Positions 1 through 7,531 of a stretch of 36,078 nucleotides of DNA are shown piece by piece. Within the stretch, counting starts at the first letter, position 1. Each line of letters starts with the position of its first letter. Origin of the DNA: Candidatus Hydrogenedentota bacterium (lineage in GTDB: Bacteria > Hydrogenedentota > Hydrogenedentia > Hydrogenedentales > SLHB01); the NCBI GenBank assembly GCA_045863295.1, contig BTWA01000019.1:1-36078 (forward strand). The letters are read 5' to 3'. The position numbers and the translations under genes were made by a program. The notes beneath the pieces are model-generated. The model saw only the letters and a program-made list of their open reading frames with translations, was not told the origin of the DNA and did not search any database.

Positions 1-11
1 CTCATGACCAC

Positions 12-40
12 AGTATATCACCGTAGGCATAATAAGTTAA
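12..40 (-). promoter_or_regulatory. Putative sigma70 promoter for the next island gene (leaderless ATG at position 5)
   Basis: TTAACT (40-35), 17 nt, TATACT (17-12), with extended TG. An ATG starts at position 5, at the expected transcription start. Confidence 0.45.
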
Positions 41-311
41 AGCAGTCTAAGAGTGCGACTCTGATCGCGAAGGTAGCCGACCGGTAAACCAAGCCAGTTT
101 ACGCAGTTCTGTCCTCAAATCCAGCCGAGATCGCTTATCGGCTCACTCACTCGCAATGCGTCGCCTTTCGATCAATTCCGAGAGCATTTCCGCTTGCCTC
201 CGGCACTACGCTGATTGCGCGATACTTTGCGGTTCATAGATGGTGTTGACATAGCGGTGGCAACATCTAAGACCTCGAACAACCCCGACGGTTTGCGGCG
301 GCAGTGCCCTC

Positions 312-1439
312 TTATTCCGACGCGCCAGCGTCCTCGACCTGTGTGAATGATAATAGTTCGACGGCTTGACGTTTTCGGTCCGCCGTCACGTCGGTGTAGC
401 GCATCGTCGTGCGGATGTCGACGTGGCCGAGGAGTTCCTTTGCTACGGTTACATCCTTGCAGGCGGCGATTAGATGGGTGGCGTACGTGTGGCGAAGCGC
501 GTGAAACTGCGTGACCTCGGCAAAGCCAAGCCGTTTGGTAAGCCGCATCAGATTCTTTCTCAGCCCAGACCGCAATTGCGATCCGTCCCGCATGTGGAAT
601 ACCCACTCGTCGTTGGGGTTCTTGTGAGTCTTCTTGTACGACTTTAGGAAGCTGATTAGATCACTTGGTATCGCGATTTCCCGCTCACGAATATTTCTCC
701 CGGACGATTTTGGATTCCACCCGGCCTTACGGCGGATCCGTATCACTCTTTGATCGAAATCGACATCGTCCCACTGCAGGTGAATCAACTCACCTTCGCG
801 AAGCCCAGTGTACATGGCCACTAGCAGGATCGGTTTGAACCACTCATCCGCGGCGGTTAAGAGTTCTCGAGCTTCGTCCTGCGTAAGTGCACGAATGACC
901 TTACTATCGTCTTCCTTTAACTTCTCGATGCCCTGCAGGGGATTTGAAACGAGGAGACCCCACTTCACCGCTTTATTAAGGGCGGTCTTGAGGCTGCTTA
1001 CTTCGATATTGACGGTACGCTTGGTAATCGGCTTCTTGGTCTGGGCCGCCTTCTGTTTCATGCGGTGCGCCTGGTACTCCTCGATGAGGCCGGGCGTCAA
1101 TTGAGAAAGGCGCGTGATGTGTCCTCGCTTAGTGTCTTCGAGGAACCGGGCGATATGGTCGAATATCTGTTGATTGCGTCGGTGATAGGAGGCAGAGAGC
1201 CGCGGCTCGGTACGCGTCTGGTACTCCTTGAAGAACTTTTCGATGGGGTAGTCCTTCTTCTCCAGACCGGCCTCGCCGCGTTCGAGTTTGGCTTCAATGT
1301 CGCCGGCGAGCTTCTTCGCCAGCGTTTTGGACTTCCCAACCTTCTTACGCCGATACCGGCCATTCCGGTCGCGCCAGCCGACGTAATAGGTCTTTCCAGT
1401 CTGCGTTGAACGCGCGAAAACATGCGCTCTGGTTCCCAT
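312..1439 (-). CDS. Tyrosine recombinase / phage-type integrase
   Basis: Catalytic set present: R (TGLREGE), K (PKSS), HxxR (HALRH), H (LLGH), Y (TMRY). N-terminal arm-binding-like region (YYVGWRDRNGRYRRKKVG). Start moved from 1487 to the ATG at 1439 (MGTRAHVF) because it has a GGGAG RBS and a sigma70 promoter covers 1478-1506. Confidence 0.95.
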   Translation of the reverse strand: MGTRAHVFARSTQTGKTYYVGWRDRNGRYRRKKVGKSKTLAKKLAGDIEAKLERGEAGLEKKDYPIEKFFKEYQTRTEPRLSASYHRRNQQIFDHIARFLEDTKRGHITRLSQLTPGLIEEYQAHRMKQKAAQTKKPITKRTVNIEVSSLKTALNKAVKWGLLVSNPLQGIEKLKEDDSKVIRALTQDEARELLTAADEWFKPILLVAMYTGLREGELIHLQWDDVDFDQRVIRIRRKAGWNPKSSGRNIREREIAIPSDLISFLKSYKKTHKNPNDEWVFHMRDGSQLRSGLRKNLMRLTKRLGFAEVTQFHALRHTYATHLIAACKDVTVAKELLGHVDIRTTMRYTDVTADRKRQAVELLSFTQVEDAGASE

Positions 1440-1441
1440 GA

Positions 1442-1462
1442 TTTGCTCCCGTTTTGCTCCCG
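1442..1462. repeat. Tandem 10-bp direct repeat, candidate integrase arm-type sites
   Basis: TTTGCTCCCG at 1442-1451 and 1453-1462, overlapping the integrase RBS. Confidence 0.6.
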
Positions 1463-1477
1463 CGAGCATCCAGACAG

Positions 1478-1506
1478 AGTTTATCATGAGTGTAAGATGT
1501 TGTCAA
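1478..1506 (-). promoter_or_regulatory. sigma70 promoter of the integrase
   Basis: Minus strand reads TTGACA (1506-1501), 17 nt, TAAACT (1483-1478), with an extended -10 TG. Confidence 0.75.
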
Positions 1507-1530
1507 CAAAGGAGTAATAAGATTGGAAAA

Positions 1531-1888
1531 TGGTGGAGGCGGCGGGAATCGAACCCGCGTCCGAAGATGTGTCCATGCAGGCGTCTACGTGCGTAGCCTT
1601 TCTTTTAGGATTCGCCGGGCCGGATCGCGTTAGGCTCGCTATCCGGCTTCGCTAGGCGAAGTCGGTACTCTCCGCCGGAGTCTTCGCCGGTCTCCGGTTT
1701 TGAGGCCCGCTGTTTGGCGCCTCGTTCCCCTAGCAGGCGGTCAGGGGCGAGACGTCGCGCTTAATTAAGCAGCGAGTGCGAACTGTTGATTTTTCGCAGT
1801 TAACTTGGTCCCGGTTTTTAACGAGGCCACCGGGGTCCTCGGCACGCAACCTACGCTTCTTCATCCCCGTCGAAACCTGGTCGCCCCC
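1531..1888 (-). ncRNA. ssrA: tmRNA (one-piece)
   Basis: 5' GGGGGCGACCAGGTTTCGAC and 3' GCGGGTTCGATTCCCGCCGCCTCCACCA. Acceptor stem has the G3.U alanine determinant and the T-arm is intact. Tag frame 1797-1765 reads AKNQQFALAA-stop. Length 358 nt. Confidence 0.97.
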
Positions 1889-2017
1889 ACGAGTGACGTG
1901 GTGAATTTGCCGGTCCTTTGAGGGATAACAATTACGCCGTAAGTATTATGCCACAATTTTGTGCCGCATTTCCTGTGTCGCATCATTTTCAGGGTACGGG
2001 GTTTTCGTTCCGGCGTC

Positions 2018-2437
2018 TTATTCTTCGCGGTCTGAGCATTTACGGCCGCAATTTGGGCAGTAGCGCCAGCTTGTTTGCAGTGGATATTCACATGGGCAGC
2101 GGTGGTCTGCTTTGGGAGAAGGACTTCGTATCCCTTTTTCCGGGTCGATTATCAACTCGTCGCCGCTCCAATAGACGCCGGTGAATATGGACGTCTTGCA
2201 TGTGGTTTCGACGGTTGTTCCGTCCCGTGTGAATACTACGCGGTAGTGCCGCTCTTTATTTTCGGAAAACCAGCCGCGGCCGAACGGCGTCCAATGCATT
2301 GAAATTAGGGTGTCGCCGCGTCTTTCGACGTTTCGCCGGATGCTATCGCGATCGATGACTCCGAGCAAAAGCCGCCAACCCGCGATCGCGGCCGCGACGA
2401 GAAAGATCATTCCTACAACGGCTACGTTGTCTTCCAA
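2018..2437 (-). CDS. Small membrane-anchored protein with C-terminal zinc ribbon
   Basis: N-terminal hydrophobic helix and C-terminal CPC...CPNCG. Probable TTG start at 2437 behind an AGGAG RBS (ORF track starts at 2476). Confidence 0.7.
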   Translation of the reverse strand: MEDNVAVVGMIFLVAAAIAGWRLLLGVIDRDSIRRNVERRGDTLISMHWTPFGRGWFSENKERHYRVVFTRDGTTVETTCKTSIFTGVYWSGDELIIDPEKGIRSPSPKADHRCPCEYPLQTSWRYCPNCGRKCSDREE

Positions 2438-2523
2438 TGCGATCTCCTGTGACGTCGTTACACCGTCGCCTGGCAACCCGAAGTCGTATGCGCATTCAGA
2501 GGCTTTTCGTGCCGCTGATCCGA

Positions 2524-3309
2524 TTACGCTTCGTTGCGGCGTGCCTTAAAAATTCCCCATTTCATTTCACCGGAACGCAGACAGCGTATTTTCAGTTCCC
2601 ACCGATCCGCGAGATACTCGATGTCCGCGTTTCCGGGGGCGTGAGGATCGCTTTGCCGGGATGTCATGAATTTGATGTCGGCGCGCAGGATTTGTATCAA
2701 ACGCGGAGTTGCGTCTTCATACTTCACGTCGGCAAATCCGGCGTCCTGCAGCAGGTCCGTATACTGATGCGCTGTCGCCAAGGCATAGTGCGATGCCGAT
2801 GCATACGCTTCGAATTCCACTCCGCCCCGGTCCACGCCGCGCAGGTAGTCCGCGAAGAACAACCGGCCTCCCGGCACAAGCACGCGATACAGCGCTTTGG
2901 CCAAGGCGCGCTTGTCGTGTACGTGAAGGAATGAGTCTTTGCTGTAGACCGCATTGAACGATTCGCGCGGCAAGGGCGCATTCACTATGTCGCCGGTCAG
3001 GAAATCAATGCCTGAGAGGCCGCAGGCCTCCGCTCGTTTGCTTGCCTCGTCCTTCATTTGGGCAAGCACATCAAGCCCCGTAACGGTCGCGCCATGGACT
3101 TGGGCAAAGTGAATGGCCGTTCCACCAAGTCCGCTGCCGACATCCAACACGCGGCTGTTTGTCTGGAGTTCAAACCATTTTGCTGCTTTCTCCGCGACCT
3201 CGAGGGCGCCGGAACTCAAATAGTTTTTGCCAAAAATCCACTCGTAGCGCCGGAGACTTTCCGCACTGTACTGGCCGCCATCGGGGCCGCTCGAATTGTT
3301 GTCACCCAT
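2524..3309 (-). CDS. Class I SAM methyltransferase, phosphoethanolamine N-methyltransferase (PMT/PEAMT)-like
   Basis: Motif I VLDVGSGLGG. PMT-type signatures QY...YEWIFG.NYLSSG, YSKDSFLH, ADY and W..K......WG.F.A. Start is ATG 3309 or TTG 3321. Confidence 0.8.
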   Translation of the reverse strand: MGDNNSSGPDGGQYSAESLRRYEWIFGKNYLSSGALEVAEKAAKWFELQTNSRVLDVGSGLGGTAIHFAQVHGATVTGLDVLAQMKDEASKRAEACGLSGIDFLTGDIVNAPLPRESFNAVYSKDSFLHVHDKRALAKALYRVLVPGGRLFFADYLRGVDRGGVEFEAYASASHYALATAHQYTDLLQDAGFADVKYEDATPRLIQILRADIKFMTSRQSDPHAPGNADIEYLADRWELKIRCLRSGEMKWGIFKARRNEA

Positions 3310-3373
3310 ATGACCGGTCAACCATTACGACCAGCGCCAACGGTTGCGCCCGATTCGTGTTTTCGTTTGCGCA

Positions 3374-5485
3374 TTACTCCACATTCGCCTGCACCGCCTC
3401 GACTGCCGCCGGCTGTTCGATGTAGGCGCGGTGCAGGCAGTAGATCCGGCCGTCTTCTGCGCCCATGATTAGGTCGAGGCTGCCGTCGCCGTGCCAGTCC
3501 CATGCGAAGGGCGCGGTGGTGTGGCCGGCGAGTTTGCGTCCGGGGAAATCGCCTTTGGGTACGAATTTGAAGTCGCCGATGTTTTCCCACCATCCGGCGG
3601 ATTCCGTATTGCGGATCAAGTCCCAATCGCCGTCCTGATCCCAGTCCACAAGCATGGAGTTTTGACGTCCGCTGCCGCCAGCTTCTCTTTCGGTCATACG
3701 GAATGCGGCGCCGGATTCGTCTTTGAAGATGCGTTCTCCCGGCATGAAGTTGCCCTGGATGTTTCGATAGAAGGCAAGGTAGCCTTCGTGATCGACGGCC
3801 ACAAGGTCGTTCGATCCGTCTCTATCGATGTCGAGCACCTGAGGACGGGTGCGCCATTGGGCGATGAGATCGGCCGGGCCGGGTTTCCACCAGTTCCATG
3901 CGGGGCGTGGCGCTTCTCCGGGCCAGGAGACTTTTACGGGGACAGGACCGTCCACGCTGGCGCCTTGGTCGAGGCGTTGCAGGTATTCGATACGGCCGAT
4001 GATGCCGTTGTACACGATTTCTTCGACGCCGTCGCCGGTGATGTCTCCCATGCAAACGGCGGTATAGCCCCATTTGGCTTCCGCGGGCCCTTGTATGCTG
4101 CCGTTGTATCCCGCCTGGATGCGAACCGGGCGGCGCGCGTTTTCGAGGTAGCGGCCGGTTCGAAACGCGCCGCGCTCCCACGCGAATTTTTCAAAGTAGC
4201 CGGCGGAATTGCCGCAATAGAGATCGCCGGTCAGCGGGTCGATCCATGGCGTGGAAAGGATGCCTGATTTCAAGGGCGGGTCCATTTCACGCAGGAACTG
4301 TTCGGTGGCAAACACCGGTGTGCCGCGCGACATTCCGCGGTTCAGAATGATACTTACACGCCCGTCTTCCTGGCCCACAATAAGGTCTATGCGGCCGTCG
4401 CTGTTCCAGTCCACGGGCTCGGGATTCATCATGCAGAGATCGATTCGGAGTCGGTTTTCGCCGGTGTAGACCGGTTGCCCCGCGGCGAGTCTGGGGTTTG
4501 TGCGGGTGCCTACGTTTTCGTAGTACGTGAAGGAATCACGAAATTCACCGCAGATCAGGTCGAGGTCGCCGTCGTTGTCGAAGTCGGCGATGCAGGGTCC
4601 CGGCTTTCCATAGGGATCGATGGGGTGGTCGTCGGCTTCGAGAACCTCGCCCTCGTCGTCGTACTTCGGCGCTTCATTCGTGCCGCTGTTTTTGTGGAAT
4701 TTCACGAACCCGCGCAACGGACCCGCGGTCCAGTTTCCGAATTCGTCGTAGGCGTTGTCCCATCCGTATTCGCGCCAGTCGCCGCCCGCGCTGACGAGAT
4801 CGACGAGGCCGTCGCCATCCCAATCCACCTGCTTGGTCTGAAAATCGCGCAGCTTGTATTCCGGCCGCGTGACTAAACCCTCGACTTTTTTGGAGAGTCC
4901 GTTTGCGCGCAGATCGTCGTACCAGACATCACCGGCGAGCAGGTCTACTTTTCCGTCGGCGTTTATGTCTCCGAGCGCGCATTCTTTGACGCCATCGCCG
5001 ATGCGGTGTGACAAGGTGAAGATGTTTGGACGGGTCTGGATGTAGAGGTAGGTGCCGTTCTGGGGCACGTCCGTGCAACCGTAAATGAGATCGTAGTCGC
5101 CGTCTCGATCCCAATCGATGGGGAGTGCATGCGCCCACAGTCCGACGCCGAGATCCGCGGTGACGCTGTTACGTCCGTATTCCATCATGTCGCCCGCGCC
5201 CACGAAGACGGGCGGCGGCAGGTTGGATTCCTGATCAAATTGAATGCGATACCGGTGCGGTTGCGTGCCGTCGTCGCTGCGCAGCCAATAGAGATAGCGT
5301 TTGTCCCTTTGTTGTTGAATTTTTGAGGGCACGGCGTCCTTGGTGGTTTCGTCGTATACCACCGCCGTCTGGAACGGTTGGGCCAATTCATATCGCGCGG
5401 GGAGGTTTTTCCATTGGCCTTCAAAGGCGGGGACTTCGACCGTGATTTGGCCCAGTGTTGCCGCAAGAATACCCAGTGCCCACAT
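3374..5485 (-). CDS. Secreted FG-GAP/VCBS repeat (integrin-alpha-like beta-propeller) protein
   Basis: Short signal peptide and many D[WFI]DxDGxxDL motifs (DWDRDGDYDL, DINADGKVDL, DWDGDGLVDL, DFDNDGDLDL, DWNSDGRIDL, DIDRDGSNDL, DWDQDGDWDL, DWHGDGSLDL). Confidence 0.9.
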   Translation of the reverse strand: MWALGILAATLGQITVEVPAFEGQWKNLPARYELAQPFQTAVVYDETTKDAVPSKIQQQRDKRYLYWLRSDDGTQPHRYRIQFDQESNLPPPVFVGAGDMMEYGRNSVTADLGVGLWAHALPIDWDRDGDYDLIYGCTDVPQNGTYLYIQTRPNIFTLSHRIGDGVKECALGDINADGKVDLLAGDVWYDDLRANGLSKKVEGLVTRPEYKLRDFQTKQVDWDGDGLVDLVSAGGDWREYGWDNAYDEFGNWTAGPLRGFVKFHKNSGTNEAPKYDDEGEVLEADDHPIDPYGKPGPCIADFDNDGDLDLICGEFRDSFTYYENVGTRTNPRLAAGQPVYTGENRLRIDLCMMNPEPVDWNSDGRIDLIVGQEDGRVSIILNRGMSRGTPVFATEQFLREMDPPLKSGILSTPWIDPLTGDLYCGNSAGYFEKFAWERGAFRTGRYLENARRPVRIQAGYNGSIQGPAEAKWGYTAVCMGDITGDGVEEIVYNGIIGRIEYLQRLDQGASVDGPVPVKVSWPGEAPRPAWNWWKPGPADLIAQWRTRPQVLDIDRDGSNDLVAVDHEGYLAFYRNIQGNFMPGERIFKDESGAAFRMTEREAGGSGRQNSMLVDWDQDGDWDLIRNTESAGWWENIGDFKFVPKGDFPGRKLAGHTTAPFAWDWHGDGSLDLIMGAEDGRIYCLHRAYIEQPAAVEAVQANVE

Positions 5486-5591
5486 GGTTCGCCCCCCGAA
5501 TTTGTTTGTGTCAACAACGCGTCAGCATACAGGCGGCGCCTCAATCAGACAACCCATGCAAGACGCGAATACCGTAAGTTATCACACACAA

Positions 5592-5780
5592 TATGGACTG
5601 CGGAAGCTTGCTTCCGCCTTCGCTGAGCAAGCGTGCTTGCGGTTTCGAAGTCCTAGGCCACGTTATTAGGAATGCCGCCCTCATTCTGCCTTAGCTCCCG
5701 TTTTCACGTTTCAGCAATTTGGTGTGCATGCGGGAGCAAGCTCCCTTGGGCAAGGCGGAAGCAAGCTTCCGCAGTCCATA
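5592..5780. repeat. REPIN-like element with perfect 29-bp inverted repeats
   Basis: TATGGACTGCGGAAGCTTGCTTCCGCCTT at 5592-5620 and its exact reverse complement at 5752-5780. Each arm contains the palindrome GCGGAAGC-TT-GCTTCCGC. Confidence 0.85.
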
Positions 5781-5830
5781 GTAAGTCGACTTCAAACGTG
5801 GAGCCCGGTTACTTTCTGTTGGCGCGGGAG

Positions 5831-5986
5831 GTAGAAGCGTCCCCGCTTTCTCGGGGATGACGTGCCGCTTCCGAGGGCCGTTACTTGTGCACGGCACTGT
5901 CGCTCCTTGAATTGAGCTGGTGTTTGCTGAATTTCCTGGGGCTGGATTGCGGGTGCTGGGAGGAAGCGGCAAGATGCCGCTTCTAC
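5831..5986. repeat. GTAG-type REP doublet (inverted pair)
   Basis: GTAGAAGCG...TGCCGCTTCC at 5831-5872 and GGAAGCGGCAAGATGCCGCTTCTAC at 5962-5986. Confidence 0.7.
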
Positions 5987-6143
5987 ATCCGGGGCGTCTT
6001 GCTGCCAATTGCGATGCAACCTCCGGGTCAAACTCATAGGCGACTAGCAATCTGCCAGAGGTCGGGTGAATTCGTCTCGTTGGGGTGTGGGCACAGACGT
6101 GATGGCAGACGAGGACCTTTGCCACACACCAAGGGAACGAGTG

Positions 6144-6178
6144 AAAAAAAGCACCCCTGCCCAAGAGGACAGGGGTGC
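6144..6178 (-). terminator. Rho-independent terminator of the lipoprotein gene
   Basis: Stem GCACCCCTG/CAGGGGTGC followed by 7 T on the minus strand, about 25 nt after the stop at 6204. Confidence 0.85.
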
Positions 6179-6203
6179 GGCGTTTGAACTGCGTAATGCG
6201 AAA

Positions 6204-6635
6204 TTAGATGCCTTGTACGTCGACTTCCGTGGCGCGCCATTGTCCGTCGGCTTCGTGGGCGAACGTGAACTTGATGGTGGCGCTGCCGAAGGAGGCGGCG
6301 AGTTCGACGGGGTAGGCGGTTGCGGTTTCGCCTTCAACAGCGATTTCGACGAATTCGAGGTCGATTTCGGCATTGTCGAGGCTGCCGTCTTTCATGGTGG
6401 AGTCGAGAAATCCGATAAGACCGGCTTTGTCGCCCCATTCGTAGTGTTTGAAGTTGGCGGAGATGGCGGGATCGAGTTTGGTTACGTCTTTCGATTCCAT
6501 GCCCAGTTTAAATGCTTCGAGTTGTGCCTTGATGGCTTCTTCCGGCGTCGGACCTTTTCCGCCCGTAGCACAGCCGGAGACTGCGATTGCGAGGATGCCG
6601 AGAGTTGCGAATGTCAGCGTAGCGAGCTTACCCAC
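6204..6635 (-). CDS. Lipoprotein, probable NTF2/SnoaL-like fold
   Basis: Lipobox AVSG-C. Helix followed by beta strands ending F.....DGQW. Likely GTG start at 6635. Has its own promoter and terminator. Confidence 0.8.
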   Translation of the reverse strand: MGKLATLTFATLGILAIAVSGCATGGKGPTPEEAIKAQLEAFKLGMESKDVTKLDPAISANFKHYEWGDKAGLIGFLDSTMKDGSLDNAEIDLEFVEIAVEGETATAYPVELAASFGSATIKFTFAHEADGQWRATEVDVQGI

Positions 6636-6703
6636 AGGAGTACCCTTTCGTGATGACAAATAGTGCCCAGTTCATGAAGACAACAGAAACCGCAGAAGGG
6701 GAA

Positions 6704-6732
6704 ATAGTACTACCGGTTGGTCTATTGGTCAA
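6704..6732 (-). promoter_or_regulatory. sigma70 promoter of the lipoprotein gene
   Basis: TTGACC, 17 nt, TACTAT. Confidence 0.65.
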
Positions 6733-6839
6733 GTTAGAAGGTGGCGCGAAGGGTGGGTGGCGTTGCGTTTTCGCGGATGACCGGTAATTTGGGGTCGTGC
6801 TACACTTACAGGAACTCTGGATTAGCGTAGCCGCCGGAT

Positions 6840-6868
6840 TGAACCCGGGGGCACGGTCTGGGGTCTAA
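6840..6868 (+). promoter_or_regulatory. Candidate autoregulatory ECF promoter
   Basis: TGAACC, 17 nt, GTCTAA just upstream of the ECF sigma gene, resembling RpoE-type -35 GAAC / -10 TCTAA. Confidence 0.5.
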
Positions 6869-6891
6869 AGCGCGAGGACGACCGGTGACCT

Positions 6892-7524
6892 GTGCGGTTG
6901 TCTTGCGCCGGAGTGGAAGCCGCTTTGGTGCTTTTGAAGGAGGCGCGAACGCATACGGATCAGGGGCTGGTGGAAGAGTGCCGGAAGGGCGATTCCACGG
7001 CTTTTGACGAGTTGGTGCGCCGGTACAAAGACCGTATTTATTACGTTGTGTATCGCTTTCTGGGGAACCGGGAAGACGCGCTGGACGTGTGCCAGGAGGT
7101 GTTTGTTCGCGCGTACAAGAGTTTGCATACGTACCGCGGGCGCGCGCAGGTGTACACGTGGCTGTACAGCATCGCGGCGAATCTGGCCAAGAACCGGTTG
7201 CGGGACGGCAGCCGCAAAGGACGCAACCAGGGCGTTTCGCTGGACGCGTTGGAAGAGCACGCACCGGGCGCGTTGGCGTCGGCGTCGAACGCGAAGTCGC
7301 CGAGCGACGTGGTGATGGATTGCGAGTTGCAGCATCAGTTGCAGGCGTGCCTTGCGGAGTTGCCGGAGCCGTACCGGATCGTTTTTGTGTTGCGCACGTT
7401 TGACGACATGAGTTACGAGGATATCGCGGAGGCGGTGGGATGCCCGGTGGGCACGGTCAAATCGCGGTTGAATCAATCCCGAAAATTGCTTCGCGACGCG
7501 TTGAAGTCGCGGGGCATTATGTAG
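6892..7524 (+). CDS. ECF RNA polymerase sigma factor (RpoE/SigW-like)
   Basis: Region 2 (AFDELVRRY, DALDVCQEVF, TWLYSIAAN) and region 4 (LPEPYR...SYEDIAEAVGCPVGTVKSRL). The true start may be a few codons downstream. Confidence 0.95.
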   Translation: MRLSCAGVEAALVLLKEARTHTDQGLVEECRKGDSTAFDELVRRYKDRIYYVVYRFLGNREDALDVCQEVFVRAYKSLHTYRGRAQVYTWLYSIAANLAKNRLRDGSRKGRNQGVSLDALEEHAPGALASASNAKSPSDVVMDCELQHQLQACLAELPEPYRIVFVLRTFDDMSYEDIAEAVGCPVGTVKSRLNQSRKLLRDALKSRGIM

Positions 7525-7531
7525 AAGCGCC

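Larger units (their letters stand above)
1..1530 (-). mobile_element. Right-hand end of a genomic island or prophage integrated at the 3' end of ssrA
   Basis: Integrase begins about 90 nt after the tmRNA CCA end. No terminator hairpin follows the tmRNA. The segment looks less GC-rich by eye. The second att copy is not in the window. Confidence 0.75.

Noticed and set aside
1..311. Second att copy of the tmRNA 3' end (a minimal integrase-only island)
   Set aside because: No convincing match to TGGTGGAGGCGGCGGGAATCGAACC in this stretch.
172..606. 144-aa minus-strand ORF overlapping the integrase 3' end
   Set aside because: Alternate frame of the integrase, Arg-rich, with no recognisable motif.
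1531..1562. Stand-alone tRNA
   Set aside because: The T-arm and CCA belong to the tmRNA, whose 5' end and tag frame are present upstream.
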